This document shows, piece after piece, positions 10,072 to 19,155 of a DNA stretch of 64,000 nucleotides; position 1 is the stretch's first letter; each line of letters begins with the position of its first letter. Source of the DNA: a virus; the IMG/VR virus record IMGVR_UViG_3300044678_002654, positions 24,343 to 88,342 of that record, one strand, 5' to 3'. The position numbers and the translations under genes are program-made. The notes beneath the pieces are model-generated. The model ran no database searches and had not been told where the DNA came from. It was given only the letters and a program-made list of their open reading frames with translations.

Positions 10072-10311
10072 ATGGATTTCCCCTGCAAAGAGTGCGTTCA
10101 CTTCGACCAGCAGCACAAGAACGTCAACGGGGTGCAGCAGCCCGCGTGGTACGGGCACTGTGCGCGGCTCTCCGTCTACCCCCACCAGGAGCTCGAAGGC
10201 CAGACCTTCCCTCCGGGTGCTCGTCGCGCGGAGCGTGGCCAGCTCGGCAAGATGGTCATCGTCGAGCCTGACGTGCGGAAGCCCAACTGCAACGAGGGTG
10301 TTCACAAGTGA
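10072..10311 (+). CDS. small Cys-containing hypothetical protein
   Basis: CKECVHF...GHC...PNC; 79 aa. Confidence 0.65.
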   Translation: MDFPCKECVHFDQQHKNVNGVQQPAWYGHCARLSVYPHQELEGQTFPPGARRAERGQLGKMVIVEPDVRKPNCNEGVHK

Positions 10312-10679
10312 GCGAAAGCCTCCGCGTCACTCGACGCAGCGACCAATCCCTCGAAAAGGCGTACAAGCACCTGGAGAAGAGTCCTGTGTCGGCTACGTCG
10401 GAGGCGCCGCTTCCTGAGGATGTCGTTGCCCATGAGGCCAAGAGGGACCCCTGGGCCTGGGGCGTATGGGCCTCGATCCGCTTCACGGGCTTCCTCAAGA
10501 TGCTCAACAAGCAGAACGCGGCCGTAACGGTGCACCAGCTCATGTTCGCGTTGGAGCTGACGGCGCTCAACTGGTTCAACGCCGAGGGCCTTCCGTTGAC
10601 GCCTGACGAGCTCAAACGGACCAAGGCTGCTGCGCGCGAGTACTATCTTCGCGGCATCCGCGAAGGCGCCAAGCCCTGA
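10308..10679 (+). CDS. hypothetical protein
   Basis: GTGA coupling; 123 aa. Confidence 0.6.
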   Translation: MSESLRVTRRSDQSLEKAYKHLEKSPVSATSEAPLPEDVVAHEAKRDPWAWGVWASIRFTGFLKMLNKQNAAVTVHQLMFALELTALNWFNAEGLPLTPDELKRTKAAAREYYLRGIREGAKP

Positions 10680-10680
10680 G

Positions 10681-10965
10681 ATGCACCACGCGGACTACAG
10701 CTTCCTCCTGGCGCGCGCGAAGCTCGTTGAGGGCTACGCCGAACGCGCGCGGCTGCAAGGCGAGGAATACCACCCCTGTGTGCGCTTCACACCGCTCTCA
10801 ACGGGTGGGCACGCGCGCATGCTGATCGTGGACGGACGCCTGCGCCTCAAGGTAAAGGGGTGCGACGGCGAGGCTGAAGCGAAGAGCATCTTCGGTGACG
10901 CCTTCGAGGTGGACGGCGACGAGTACGTCGGCGCCGTCCCTACGAAAACATTCTTCACCGGGTGA
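10681..10965 (+). CDS. hypothetical protein
   Basis: 94 aa; ends FFTG-stop inside a palindrome copy. Confidence 0.6.
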   Translation: MHHADYSFLLARAKLVEGYAERARLQGEEYHPCVRFTPLSTGGHARMLIVDGRLRLKVKGCDGEAEAKSIFGDAFEVDGDEYVGAVPTKTFFTG

Positions 10966-10969
10966 AACA

Positions 10970-11578
10970 GTGACAGTACGCGGAGTGGTGTTCGTCAGCA
11001 AGACGGGCCGCACAAAGCCTTGCTACGTGGAAGACGAGGACATTCACACGATCAGTGAGTCCGAGAACCCGTACGTCGACGCGGTCAAGATCGCGGCGAA
11101 GCTCTTGAACAAGCCTCGTCTCAAGAACTTCAACCCCTTCTTGCACATCAAGGTCGACGGCCTCGCCCTGCACGATGACAAGGTCTACACGAGGGTGCGT
11201 TGGCCGACGCCCGCCTTCTTCTGGCGGGCCATCGACCGCCACAAGGCGATGACCTCGGCCGAACTCGTCACCGACCTCCACCATGACTACCTCGTGCTCC
11301 GTAGCGCGATGAACTGTTGGTTGGACGACGCGAAGAAGGTCCACCTCGTCATGACCGATGAGCGCCGGGACGCCCTACAGGACATCGTCGGCGCGGTCCT
11401 ACCGCTGCTCTCGGAGGTTGGGGCGTCAGATGCAGACCGTGAGATAATCTACAAGGACGCGGCTCTCTGTCTGTGGATGAGCGTGCAGAAGAATCTGCCG
11501 CTTGATGAGGCGCGGACGCGGTCGCTCGACCGAGTGCTCTCGCTGCTGGACGACACGCTGGTCAGTCCAGGAGCTTGA
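10970..11578 (+). CDS. hypothetical protein
   Basis: GTG at 10970 (start uncertain); typical codon usage. Confidence 0.6.
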   Translation: MTVRGVVFVSKTGRTKPCYVEDEDIHTISESENPYVDAVKIAAKLLNKPRLKNFNPFLHIKVDGLALHDDKVYTRVRWPTPAFFWRAIDRHKAMTSAELVTDLHHDYLVLRSAMNCWLDDAKKVHLVMTDERRDALQDIVGAVLPLLSEVGASDADREIIYKDAALCLWMSVQKNLPLDEARTRSLDRVLSLLDDTLVSPGA

Positions 11579-11945
11579 CCTCGCCCTTCTCGTCGGTCTT
11601 CGACTCGATGAGCGACATGAGGTCTCCCCGCAGCTTCTCGTCCTGAAGGACGCGCTTCACGGCCGGCGAGACAGGCAGGGCGGCCCAGACCTCGTCCGGG
11701 AGCTTGCCCGCACGACGCTGCGCGAGGCGCTGCAACAGCAGCAGGTTCTTCGAGATGTCCAGGCCGTTGGTCTTGGCGAACTCGACGAGGTACGCGAGCT
11801 TGGGGCGCTGCTGCGCCCACGCGTGCCACTGCGCCGGGGTCCGCTTGCGGAACGCGAGGGAGATGACGGCGCTCAGCGCCGGCCAGAAGACCCAGGCGAG
11901 GAGCACCTCGTGATGCGTGAGGAAGAATTGAAGTAGGGCGTTCAT
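11562..11945 (-). CDS. holin-like membrane protein
   Basis: N-terminal hydrophobic helix VLLAWVFWPALSAVISLAF followed by RKR; charged C-terminus. Confidence 0.4.
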   Translation of the reverse strand: MNALLQFFLTHHEVLLAWVFWPALSAVISLAFRKRTPAQWHAWAQQRPKLAYLVEFAKTNGLDISKNLLLLQRLAQRRAGKLPDEVWAALPVSPAVKRVLQDEKLRGDLMSLIESKTDEKGEVKLLD

Positions 11946-11979
11946 GCCTGAAGGGTAGGTTCACTCCGTGAAACTGATC

Positions 11980-12008
11980 CCAAAAGCGGAGGTGCGTTCG
12001 GGTATAAG
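11980..12008 (+). promoter_or_regulatory. putative promoter CCAAAA-N17-TATAAG
   Basis: same architecture at 22085-22113 and 62047-62075; GGTATAAGAACRTGTCCAG shared with 22106-22124. Confidence 0.6.
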
Positions 12009-12053
12009 AACATGTCCAGGTCCTGTGCCTCGGACGAAAGGAGGACCAACCAC

Positions 12054-12131
12054 ATGGTCTTCAAGATCAGCCCTGCATTGGTCGCTTTTCTCGTTCTGGT
12101 ATGGCTCTGGATCAACAAGAAGGTGAACTAA
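12054..12131 (+). CDS. 25-aa single-TM micro-protein MVFKISPALVAFLVLVWLWINKKVN
   Basis: strong AAAGGAGG RBS; TAATG coupling to next gene; too short for the ORF track. Confidence 0.65.
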   Translation: MVFKISPALVAFLVLVWLWINKKVN

Positions 12132-12709
12132 TGAAGTACTCACAGATCATCAGCGCCGCCTCCGCGATCGTCTCCAATCTCGCCGCCAATCCCCCGCAGA
12201 AGTTCTCCGGCCTCGTCGCGTCCATCAACCGCGAGCTCGACCTGCTCGGGGTCGCCTTCGAAGGGCGACGATACGTCTGCGCGGCCATCGCGCAGGAGGC
12301 CCGCTCGCGCGCACTCGGCGTCGCGCCACCAGCGTCGAAGGTTCTCCGCAAGGTGGCGGCCTACGCCTACGACGCCCACGACGAGTGGGCCGCTGCCGGG
12401 TTCTTCCTGTGTGGGTCCGCCCGCAGGGCGACGCAGGAGGAGCTGGACATGAGGCGAATGCGCGAGAACATGATCGCCGACTACGTCGAGGGTGCGATCC
12501 AGGTCGTCGGCGCCATGCGTGACGTGGTGAGCGTCAGCGTCAACGTCGCCCCGGCGATCGTCAACGCACAGGTCATCGTGCCGGCGGAGGCGGTCAAGCG
12601 CCGCGTCGATGCCAAGGCCGCCACGCTGGAGGCGCCGACCAAGCCCGACGACGCGCCCGCCGCGTCCACCGCGTCTCCCCTCCCCGCCTCCACGCCCGCC
12701 ACAGCCTGA
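12131..12709 (+). CDS. hypothetical protein with Ala/Pro-rich tail
   Basis: ATG 12131; strongly biased codons; followed by terminator-like hairpin. Confidence 0.75.
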   Translation: MKYSQIISAASAIVSNLAANPPQKFSGLVASINRELDLLGVAFEGRRYVCAAIAQEARSRALGVAPPASKVLRKVAAYAYDAHDEWAAAGFFLCGSARRATQEELDMRRMRENMIADYVEGAIQVVGAMRDVVSVSVNVAPAIVNAQVIVPAEAVKRRVDAKAATLEAPTKPDDAPAASTASPLPASTPATA

Positions 12710-12746
12710 CCCACGCCTCCACCGCACAACCTGACGCACAGCCAAT

Positions 12747-12779
12747 CCGCCCCACCGGGCGGGGTCGCTGTTCGTTTTT
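12747..12779 (+). terminator. putative intrinsic terminator
   Basis: CCGCCC-CACC-GGGCGG hairpin then GTTCGTTTTT. Confidence 0.45.
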
Positions 12780-12796
12780 CCCTCCGAGGAACAACC

Positions 12797-13045
12797 ATGA
12801 GTGAGCCCATCGACGAAGCAAAGCTGATCCGAGCCGCCTGCAACGCCATCAACTCGGATGGCAAGAGCACCCAGGAGCAGGCCATCCTGGACCTCAAGGC
12901 CGAGGTCGCCAAGGCCGACCCGGAGACGGTCAAGTCTGTGCTCAACGAGGTGACGATCGAGGAGGCCGTCGCCGCAGGCAAGACCGCTCTCGACGCCGGC
13001 AAGACCCTCTACGAGCTGGCCAAGAAGCTCGGGTGGATCAAGTGA
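12797..13045 (+). CDS. hypothetical protein
   Basis: GAGGA RBS; 82 aa. Confidence 0.7.
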   Translation: MSEPIDEAKLIRAACNAINSDGKSTQEQAILDLKAEVAKADPETVKSVLNEVTIEEAVAAGKTALDAGKTLYELAKKLGWIK

Positions 13046-13275
13046 CCACCCGCGACGTAGAGGACATGAACGAGGCCGGCGCCGACCGCATCGAAGCGAT
13101 CCCGCCTGAGCACAGCGGACTCGATCGAGACGAGCACGCCCTCGGCCTGCTCATCGACCTGCGCCACTACTGCGATCGCCACGGTCTTTGTTTTGGCGAC
13201 ATTGACGGCAAGGCTCATGACATCTACACGAACGAGATCGCAGGCCGTCGTGCGTGCAAAAGCGGGAAGAAGTAA
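13042..13275 (+). CDS. small all-alpha protein (LLxDLxH family), paralogue of 37898..38161
   Basis: LLIDLRHYCDRHGLCF vs LLSDLMHLADREGEDF. Confidence 0.6.
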   Translation: MTTRDVEDMNEAGADRIEAIPPEHSGLDRDEHALGLLIDLRHYCDRHGLCFGDIDGKAHDIYTNEIAGRRACKSGKK

Positions 13276-13466
13276 TGGACGAGTTCGACCAGGGAGAGCT
13301 CATCGTCAGTCGTCTTGACGGGAGAGGTCTCGACGAGCTTCAGCAGCGTCGCCTGATGGCCGCGTTCATCTGTGACCGTGGGCTCGCCGAACAGTTCGTC
13401 ATGTGGCTCGACGACAACACGAAGCGCTGCCCGCCCGAGGCCCCGCCGCGCAGGAGTTGGCGATGA
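13275..13466 (+). CDS. hypothetical protein
   Basis: TAATG coupling; LMAAFICDRGLAEQFVMWLDD resembles segments of 16905..17687 and 58676..58888. Confidence 0.55.
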   Translation: MDEFDQGELIVSRLDGRGLDELQQRRLMAAFICDRGLAEQFVMWLDDNTKRCPPEAPPRRSWR

Positions 13467-13544
13467 GAGAAGGAGCCCCGATGAAGACCAGCCTCGCAGA
13501 AGGCAGGGGTACCGGGCGGTCAAGCTCTTGAACCGCGAACTGGC

Positions 13545-13985
13545 CTAGCGCCGCGCGTTGACCGCCGCCGTCGCCGCGAGCGCTTCCTGCATCTCCGGGG
13601 TGGCGGCGCCACCGGTGCCGTTGCCCTGGAGGCCGCGCAGGAACTCGTGCAGACGCTGGACGCCGTCACGCGCCGCCGACACGCGCTCCTCGGCGTTGGT
13701 CGCGGTGATCGTGTCGGCGGTGGCCTCGGCCACGCGCACCCCGCGCGAGATCGACGAGACGATCGAGTTGAACTGGGCGCTGGCCTCGTCGGAGACCGTG
13801 CCCGGGTTCATGGCCTTCCACAGACCGAAGGCGGCGTTCGACGCCGTGACGGCGGTGTTGATGCCGCGCACGAGGTGGGCGAAGGCCGCTGCCGGATCAC
13901 GGCGGATGGCCTCGCCGAGGGAGGCGAAGGCGGCGCAGCCCGGCGTGGTGACGAGGAGAGCGAAGATGAGGAGAAGGCGCTTCAT
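13545..13985 (-). CDS. predicted lipoprotein
   Basis: MKRLLLIFALLVTTPGC signal with lipobox-like PGC; AGGAG RBS. Confidence 0.65.
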   Translation of the reverse strand: MKRLLLIFALLVTTPGCAAFASLGEAIRRDPAAAFAHLVRGINTAVTASNAAFGLWKAMNPGTVSDEASAQFNSIVSSISRGVRVAEATADTITATNAEERVSAARDGVQRLHEFLRGLQGNGTGGAATPEMQEALAATAAVNARR

Positions 13986-14680
13986 ACGGAGACTCCTGGG
14001 CGAGCGTCCCGCCTCGACGCGAGGCGTTGGGCTTTCCGCCACGCCGGATACTCTACGCCATAGACGCTACGGCGTGAAACCGTACCACCCTCGATGCGCG
14101 TGATGCTCGCGTAGCCGCCAGAGGTGATCTCGAACGACGATTTCACTGCGTGAAGGAAGTCGAAGGGGCCGTCCGCGCCGTCCAGGAAGTACTCGGGGTA
14201 GACGAAGTCGGCGACGCGGACCCCGTGGATGTCGTAGCCGATGCCTTGCACGGGATCGCACACCTCGCGCGCCCACAGCTCTGTGACGTTGTCCTGGAGC
14301 GTGCGGCGCACTTCGAGGTTCACCCACGGGTCGACGAGCATCTCGATCGTCTCGTGCGACGCGATCTCCGAGACGCTCCCGCCATGCAAGCGAATGGGGT
14401 CAACGAAGACGTACCCAGTCGGAACCGCGCGCTCGGTCTCATGGACGTGGCGCCCCAAGAACCCGTAGTCATTCAGGTCGCGCGGACGATCGTAGAAGTA
14501 GACCCTCCATGTATCCAGCGGGAGCTTGGCGTCGGGCGCGACTGAAAACACGTTCGCGAAGGTATTCCACATGGGCGCAACGTGCTCTCGCACCTGGATG
14601 TTGATGGCCGCCGCGATGCGCGACATCTCAACCGGTGTGAGGAGGGCCCCCTTGTTCACGAGCGCGACATTGACGATCAC
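13982..14680 (-). CDS. HExxE-type zinc metallopeptidase-like protein
   Basis: LGRH...SEIASHETIEMLVDP...EVCDPVQ...VADFVYPEYF; GTG at 14680. Confidence 0.6.
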   Translation of the reverse strand: MIVNVALVNKGALLTPVEMSRIAAAINIQVREHVAPMWNTFANVFSVAPDAKLPLDTWRVYFYDRPRDLNDYGFLGRHVHETERAVPTGYVFVDPIRLHGGSVSEIASHETIEMLVDPWVNLEVRRTLQDNVTELWAREVCDPVQGIGYDIHGVRVADFVYPEYFLDGADGPFDFLHAVKSSFEITSGGYASITRIEGGTVSRRSVYGVEYPAWRKAQRLASRRDARPGVSV

Positions 14681-14689
14681 GAAGGAAGT

Positions 14690-15127
14690 ATGAGCAGACA
14701 CACAAAGCAAGAGCCTTTTTGTCTCACAACGGATCAGTCGCGAGACATTCAGGCTGCGTACAACAGAGTCAACCGCAGGCACGAAGACCTGCTAAGCGGG
14801 CTCGGGATGTTGGTGTATCAAGTAGAGCGCCCCGATCGTGACTACAAGGAGCTGATGCGCTGGGAGGCGGAGGTACGACTACGTGAAGCCGCTGCACGGG
14901 AGCACACTCAGGCATTCCAAGCGCAGATCCTCGCGCTCGTCGAAAAGGACTTCTGCGACCGCGTCGACGCACTCACCGTCACGAGCGAGCAGCAAGCCTC
15001 GTTGAGCGCATTCTCACGCAAGCTCGACTACCCGGGCCTGACGTGGAAAGGCTGGCGTAAAGTCGTGCCCCTCACCTACGAGATCCTGGCCGAGCTCGAA
15101 CAGATCTTCTTCCCAAAGGAGCCGTAG
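14690..15127 (+). CDS. hypothetical protein
   Basis: AAGGAAG upstream of ATG 14690. Confidence 0.6.
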   Translation: MSRHTKQEPFCLTTDQSRDIQAAYNRVNRRHEDLLSGLGMLVYQVERPDRDYKELMRWEAEVRLREAAAREHTQAFQAQILALVEKDFCDRVDALTVTSEQQASLSAFSRKLDYPGLTWKGWRKVVPLTYEILAELEQIFFPKEP

Positions 15128-15454
15128 ATGTACCTCGCTCGACGCGAAGCGTTGGATGGAAACACCTACGCCACGGCCAAGTCTGAGTACGGCGCCCACG
15201 CGCACATCCTGCGATGGGCGCTGGAAGATGTGAAGGAGTTGCACCGCAATAACAGAGAGGCCCTCGTGTGCTGTTACAACGCGCTCGTCAGCTCCGGTGT
15301 CGGCGGCTTCATCGACACATGGAACGGCTGGAGCTCCATCTACTACGCCGTCACGCCCCTCGACAACCCTTCAGACCCGTCGATCGCAGACTTCTCCATC
15401 CCACTCGTGGACACTATCGACAAGCTCATCAATAAGTGCGACAAGACACCATGA
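15128..15454 (+). CDS. hypothetical protein
   Basis: AAGGAG RBS; 108 aa. Confidence 0.6.
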   Translation: MYLARREALDGNTYATAKSEYGAHAHILRWALEDVKELHRNNREALVCCYNALVSSGVGGFIDTWNGWSSIYYAVTPLDNPSDPSIADFSIPLVDTIDKLINKCDKTP

Positions 15455-16908
15455 ACCTCTCCGAATGGCAACGGGCCATCATCGACTTCGTCCAAGACGA
15501 TGACGCGGGCCACGGGATCGTCAGCGCCTACGCCGGCAGCGGCAAGACCTTCGTCCTGGAGCGCGTCGCCGAGGCGATCGACGATGAGGAGTCAATGTTC
15601 TTCGGGGCCTTCAACACCCCCATCGCGTTGGAGCTCAACAAGCGCATTCACCGCGCCAACACCGACATCCGTACGCTCCACTCGCTCGGCTACCTGACGC
15701 TCAAGCGCCACTGGGGCAAGGACGTCAACCTCGCGCAAGATGGTGTGGACTATCTCGGGAACACCATTGAGGCGACTCTTCCCAAGAAGATCGATCCTGA
15801 CATCGCGAGCGACGTCCGCAAGCTCGTCGAAAAGAGCATGGCCTTCGTCGCGGACGACAACCCGGCGATGGCTGACGAGCGCATCACCGACCTCATGTAC
15901 CGCTTTCAGTGCGCGCCCGCTGATGAGCGGACGATGCCTGCCGAGCAGTACGTCGCCTGGGCCCGCAAGGTGCTCGTCAAGCTGCGCGAAAAGTCCAACA
16001 CCATCTGCTTCGGTCAGATGGTGTACGTCCCGGCGTTCTTCAAGTGGTCCACCGGGCACTTCCGACGCGTCGCCATCGATGAGACCCAGGACATGAACCG
16101 AGGGCAGCTCATCGTCGCCAAGAACGCCCTGCACCAGGACGGTAGGTTCCTCGCAGTGGGTGACCGCTGGCAGGCGATCTACGCGTGGAACGGCGCGGAC
16201 TCCGGCTCCATGGACAAGATCAAGAAGACCTTCAAGGCGAAGGAGATGAAGCTGCCGATCAGCTACCGTGCGCCGGAAGCTGTGGCGGCGCGAGTCCGCG
16301 ACTTCATCCCTGACTTTCACGCGAGGCCCGGCGCTCCGCAAGGACTCGTGAAGACCGTCGATTCGGCCTTCATGACCGCCAACTGGAAGCCGACCGACTT
16401 CTACCTCTCGCGCAAGAACGCGCCGCTGCCCAAGGCGTGTCTCGCCGCGCTCAAGAGCGGTGTCCCTGCCTACATCCGTGGCGGCAAGGACATGACCAAG
16501 GGCTTCTACGAGCTCATCCGCAAGTCTCGCAAGAACCACATCGGAGAGTTCATCCGTTGGATCAAGGAGTACGCTGAAAGGCGCTGCGCGGTCCTGATCA
16601 TCGCCAAGCAGGAGAAGAGCGCGGATGAGCTCGCGGACACTGTCAGCGCGCTCGTGGAGCTCTCAGAGGGGTGCGACTCAACGAACCAGTTGCGCGCGCG
16701 ACTGGACAGCCTTTTCTCTGAGTCCGAAACAACCGGCAAGCTCATGGTGAGCTCGGTGCACAAGGCCAAGGGGCTGGAGACGCCGGAGGGCGCGGCGGTG
16801 TGGCTCGACGAGGCTTCCTTCCGGTCCGGGGACGAAGAGGACCGCATCCGCTACGTCGCCGAGACGCGAACGCGGGACAAGCTCTATCTCGTGAAGGACA
16901 ACAAGTGA
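15451..16908 (+). CDS. UvrD/REP-like superfamily 1 helicase
   Basis: AYAGSGKT, IDETQD, VGDRWQAIYAWNGAD, ISYR, VHKAKGLE, YVAETR motifs. Confidence 0.9.
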   Translation: MNLSEWQRAIIDFVQDDDAGHGIVSAYAGSGKTFVLERVAEAIDDEESMFFGAFNTPIALELNKRIHRANTDIRTLHSLGYLTLKRHWGKDVNLAQDGVDYLGNTIEATLPKKIDPDIASDVRKLVEKSMAFVADDNPAMADERITDLMYRFQCAPADERTMPAEQYVAWARKVLVKLREKSNTICFGQMVYVPAFFKWSTGHFRRVAIDETQDMNRGQLIVAKNALHQDGRFLAVGDRWQAIYAWNGADSGSMDKIKKTFKAKEMKLPISYRAPEAVAARVRDFIPDFHARPGAPQGLVKTVDSAFMTANWKPTDFYLSRKNAPLPKACLAALKSGVPAYIRGGKDMTKGFYELIRKSRKNHIGEFIRWIKEYAERRCAVLIIAKQEKSADELADTVSALVELSEGCDSTNQLRARLDSLFSESETTGKLMVSSVHKAKGLETPEGAAVWLDEASFRSGDEEDRIRYVAETRTRDKLYLVKDNK

Positions 16909-17687
16909 ACATCACCGTAGAACAGTACCCCTATCGCATCGTCTTCACCGATGACACGCGTGAGGGTGCTGATGATTGCATGCACTTCTATCTCGCCAAG
17001 ATCAGCGAAGATGGCGATGAGTGGGAGACGATCGACGCAGGCGCCTACTGCACTCAGGTGAGCGCGCGGCTCCCGAAGAAGGAGCTGGAGTACGCCGCCC
17101 GTCTCCTGCTGCGTCGTTTCATCTCTGGTCTGGGGTCAGGGCTCGATCTCAAGCGTTCAGCGGAGCGACTGACATGGATCGGCACGGACCACGTGCAGCG
17201 CAGCCTGCGTAACGACCTCATCGACGAGCTCATGCACAAGTACAACTGGGCCGACGAAGACATCGCCGAGCACCTGCTCGACTTCGTCGCCAATCGCGGT
17301 TTGCTGCGGTCGCTGCGCAACTACCTCGACGACGTTGGGCAGGAGCAACAGCAGCAAAGCGTGTGGGGCGATACCCCGCTTCCTCGCGCCGTCCTCCCTG
17401 TTCCGTGCGGCGGAGAGCAGTACTACGAGGTGCATCTCCGCCGGCGCGTGCAGCAGACCGCGACGCTGTACGTGCTGGCCCCGACGCGCGCGCCCTGCGT
17501 CGAAATCGGTGACATCGTCTGGAAGAACGAAGCCGGCGACGCCGGGTGGCAGGACAACCTCGAAGCTGGCGCGGAAGCTGACGAGCACATCGTCGTGCCC
17601 GCCTCCTCGGAGGTCGTCCGATCGGTCGCAGACGTCTACGGGCGAATCTGCGAGGACGGCCACTTTGAGCGAGTTTTCACGGAGTGA
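16905..17687 (+). CDS. hypothetical multi-module protein
   Basis: GTGA coupling; ends VFTE-stop inside palindrome. Confidence 0.65.
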   Translation: MNITVEQYPYRIVFTDDTREGADDCMHFYLAKISEDGDEWETIDAGAYCTQVSARLPKKELEYAARLLLRRFISGLGSGLDLKRSAERLTWIGTDHVQRSLRNDLIDELMHKYNWADEDIAEHLLDFVANRGLLRSLRNYLDDVGQEQQQQSVWGDTPLPRAVLPVPCGGEQYYEVHLRRRVQQTATLYVLAPTRAPCVEIGDIVWKNEAGDAGWQDNLEAGAEADEHIVVPASSEVVRSVADVYGRICEDGHFERVFTE

Positions 17688-17890
17688 AGGGTATGAACAG
17701 CAGCAAAGAATTTCAGGCGGGCGTCAAAGTGGCGGGGGGAGGCGTGCTCACCGGCTCAAGCAGACGTTGCCAATTGGAGGGGTGTCTCGGCGTGAGGCTC
17801 TACGTCCGATGGGATGACGGCAAGCTCACCATGCCCTGTACGAAGGGGATGACCTACGACGACGTAGCTGGAAGCTGGAAGATCCGCTAA
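17684..17890 (+). CDS. small Cys-containing hypothetical protein
   Basis: RRCQLEGCLG...WDDGKLTMPCTKG. Confidence 0.55.
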   Translation: MKGMNSSKEFQAGVKVAGGGVLTGSSRRCQLEGCLGVRLYVRWDDGKLTMPCTKGMTYDDVAGSWKIR

Positions 17891-18486
17891 TGATCCTCCG
17901 TTACCGCCTGCAAAAGACCGGCGAGAAGGTGATCGACGCCGTCTTCTTCAAGGGCGACCACGACTTCTCGCGCGACGAGGAGCCGGGCGTGCGCTACACG
18001 CTCGAACTGACCGACCTGGACGCCCTGGACAACCCGGACAGGGAGCAGGTCGCCTTCCTGATCCTCAAGCAGTGGTACCCGCACGTCGTTGCGACGCGTG
18101 ACCTCGACGGGTACATGCGCGGGGAAGGGCAGAAGAAGTACGAGGCGGCTGTCTATTCGATGGCAGACAGCATTGTCTCGTACGCCATGGAACTCCTCAT
18201 GGAGAATCGGCGCTTCACGGACTTCGAACGAGAAGGAGTGATTCAACGTTTCAATGAAGAGATCGATGTCGCCTTCGGTCGACTCGACCCCCTCGTCGTC
18301 CTTCAACACACGGACAACGAAGACGCCCTCACGATGCACGGCATGGATCTCAGCAAGGAGAACCCTGTGCAAGACCTCGCCTACTGGGCCTTCTACGAAG
18401 ACGTGATGGACGAGGTTCTGTCTCGAATCGATCTCAACAAGCCCGACCTCGGCCTCGCTGACCAACATGCTGTGGATGGTGACTAA
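17890..18486 (+). CDS. acidic protein with Ocr-like C-terminal half
   Basis: SYAMELLMENRRFTDF resembles T7 Ocr [16 protein letters not shown] (recalled from memory); acidic composition. Confidence 0.45.
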   Translation: MILRYRLQKTGEKVIDAVFFKGDHDFSRDEEPGVRYTLELTDLDALDNPDREQVAFLILKQWYPHVVATRDLDGYMRGEGQKKYEAAVYSMADSIVSYAMELLMENRRFTDFEREGVIQRFNEEIDVAFGRLDPLVVLQHTDNEDALTMHGMDLSKENPVQDLAYWAFYEDVMDEVLSRIDLNKPDLGLADQHAVDGD

Positions 18487-18930
18487 ATGACGACCGAGAA
18501 GAAGCAGAAGCCCAAGCGCGTGTCCGCCAAGGAGAAGGAGCAGAAGGAGTTCCTTCTCAAGCTCCGAGAGCACGTGCTGTCGAACAACGTTCGCGTGCTC
18601 CACACGAACATCCGGCATGTCAGTCGGTCAGGCATGCAACGAAAGATCGACGTGGTCTCCCTCCGTCCGAGCGGTGACCCCTCCGAACCCGTGAGCAAGT
18701 CCTGGCTCTCCTACTGGGCCGCCAAGGCGCTCGGTTGGAGGTTCTGCCCGAAGTACGATGCGGTCGTCGTCGACGGCTGCGGCATGGACATGGGCTTCCA
18801 CCTCGTTTACACGCTCAGCTACCTCATCTTCAAGGACGTGCCGCGCGAGAAGTGGCCTGCGGACCTCCCGCTGCGCAACAGCGAGGTGGAGAACGAGCCC
18901 GGCTACGTGCTCCAGCAGAAGTGGATCTGA
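18487..18930 (+). CDS. conserved-looking phage hypothetical protein
   Basis: RHVSRSGMQR and VDGCGMDMGFHLVY motifs. Confidence 0.7.
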   Translation: MTTEKKQKPKRVSAKEKEQKEFLLKLREHVLSNNVRVLHTNIRHVSRSGMQRKIDVVSLRPSGDPSEPVSKSWLSYWAAKALGWRFCPKYDAVVVDGCGMDMGFHLVYTLSYLIFKDVPREKWPADLPLRNSEVENEPGYVLQQKWI

Positions 18931-18936
18931 ACACCC

Positions 18937-19155
18937 ATGGACCCCAACGCCAACCTCGTCGCGCAGCTTCGGCTCGCGGAGGAAATCATCAGGTTCGTGG
19001 CCACCGCTCCCGAGGTGCTTGAGGGGGCGGAGGAGACTCAACGGCTACAAGAGATCGAGCACAGGGCATACGAACTCGCGGAGCTCGTTCAAGCCCTCGA
19101 CACCTGGATTCGCAGCAGCGGATTTCTCCCCTATCCCTGGACGGCGAAGACCTGA
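18937..19155 (+). CDS. small phage hypothetical protein
   Basis: MDPNANL...ALDTWIRSSGFLPYPW. Confidence 0.7.
   Translation: MDPNANLVAQLRLAEEIIRFVATAPEVLEGAEETQRLQEIEHRAYELAELVQALDTWIRSSGFLPYPWTAKT

Noticed and set aside
11974-12047. Hammerhead ribozyme suggested by GGACGAAA
   Set aside because: The required CTGANGA core with matching stems is absent.
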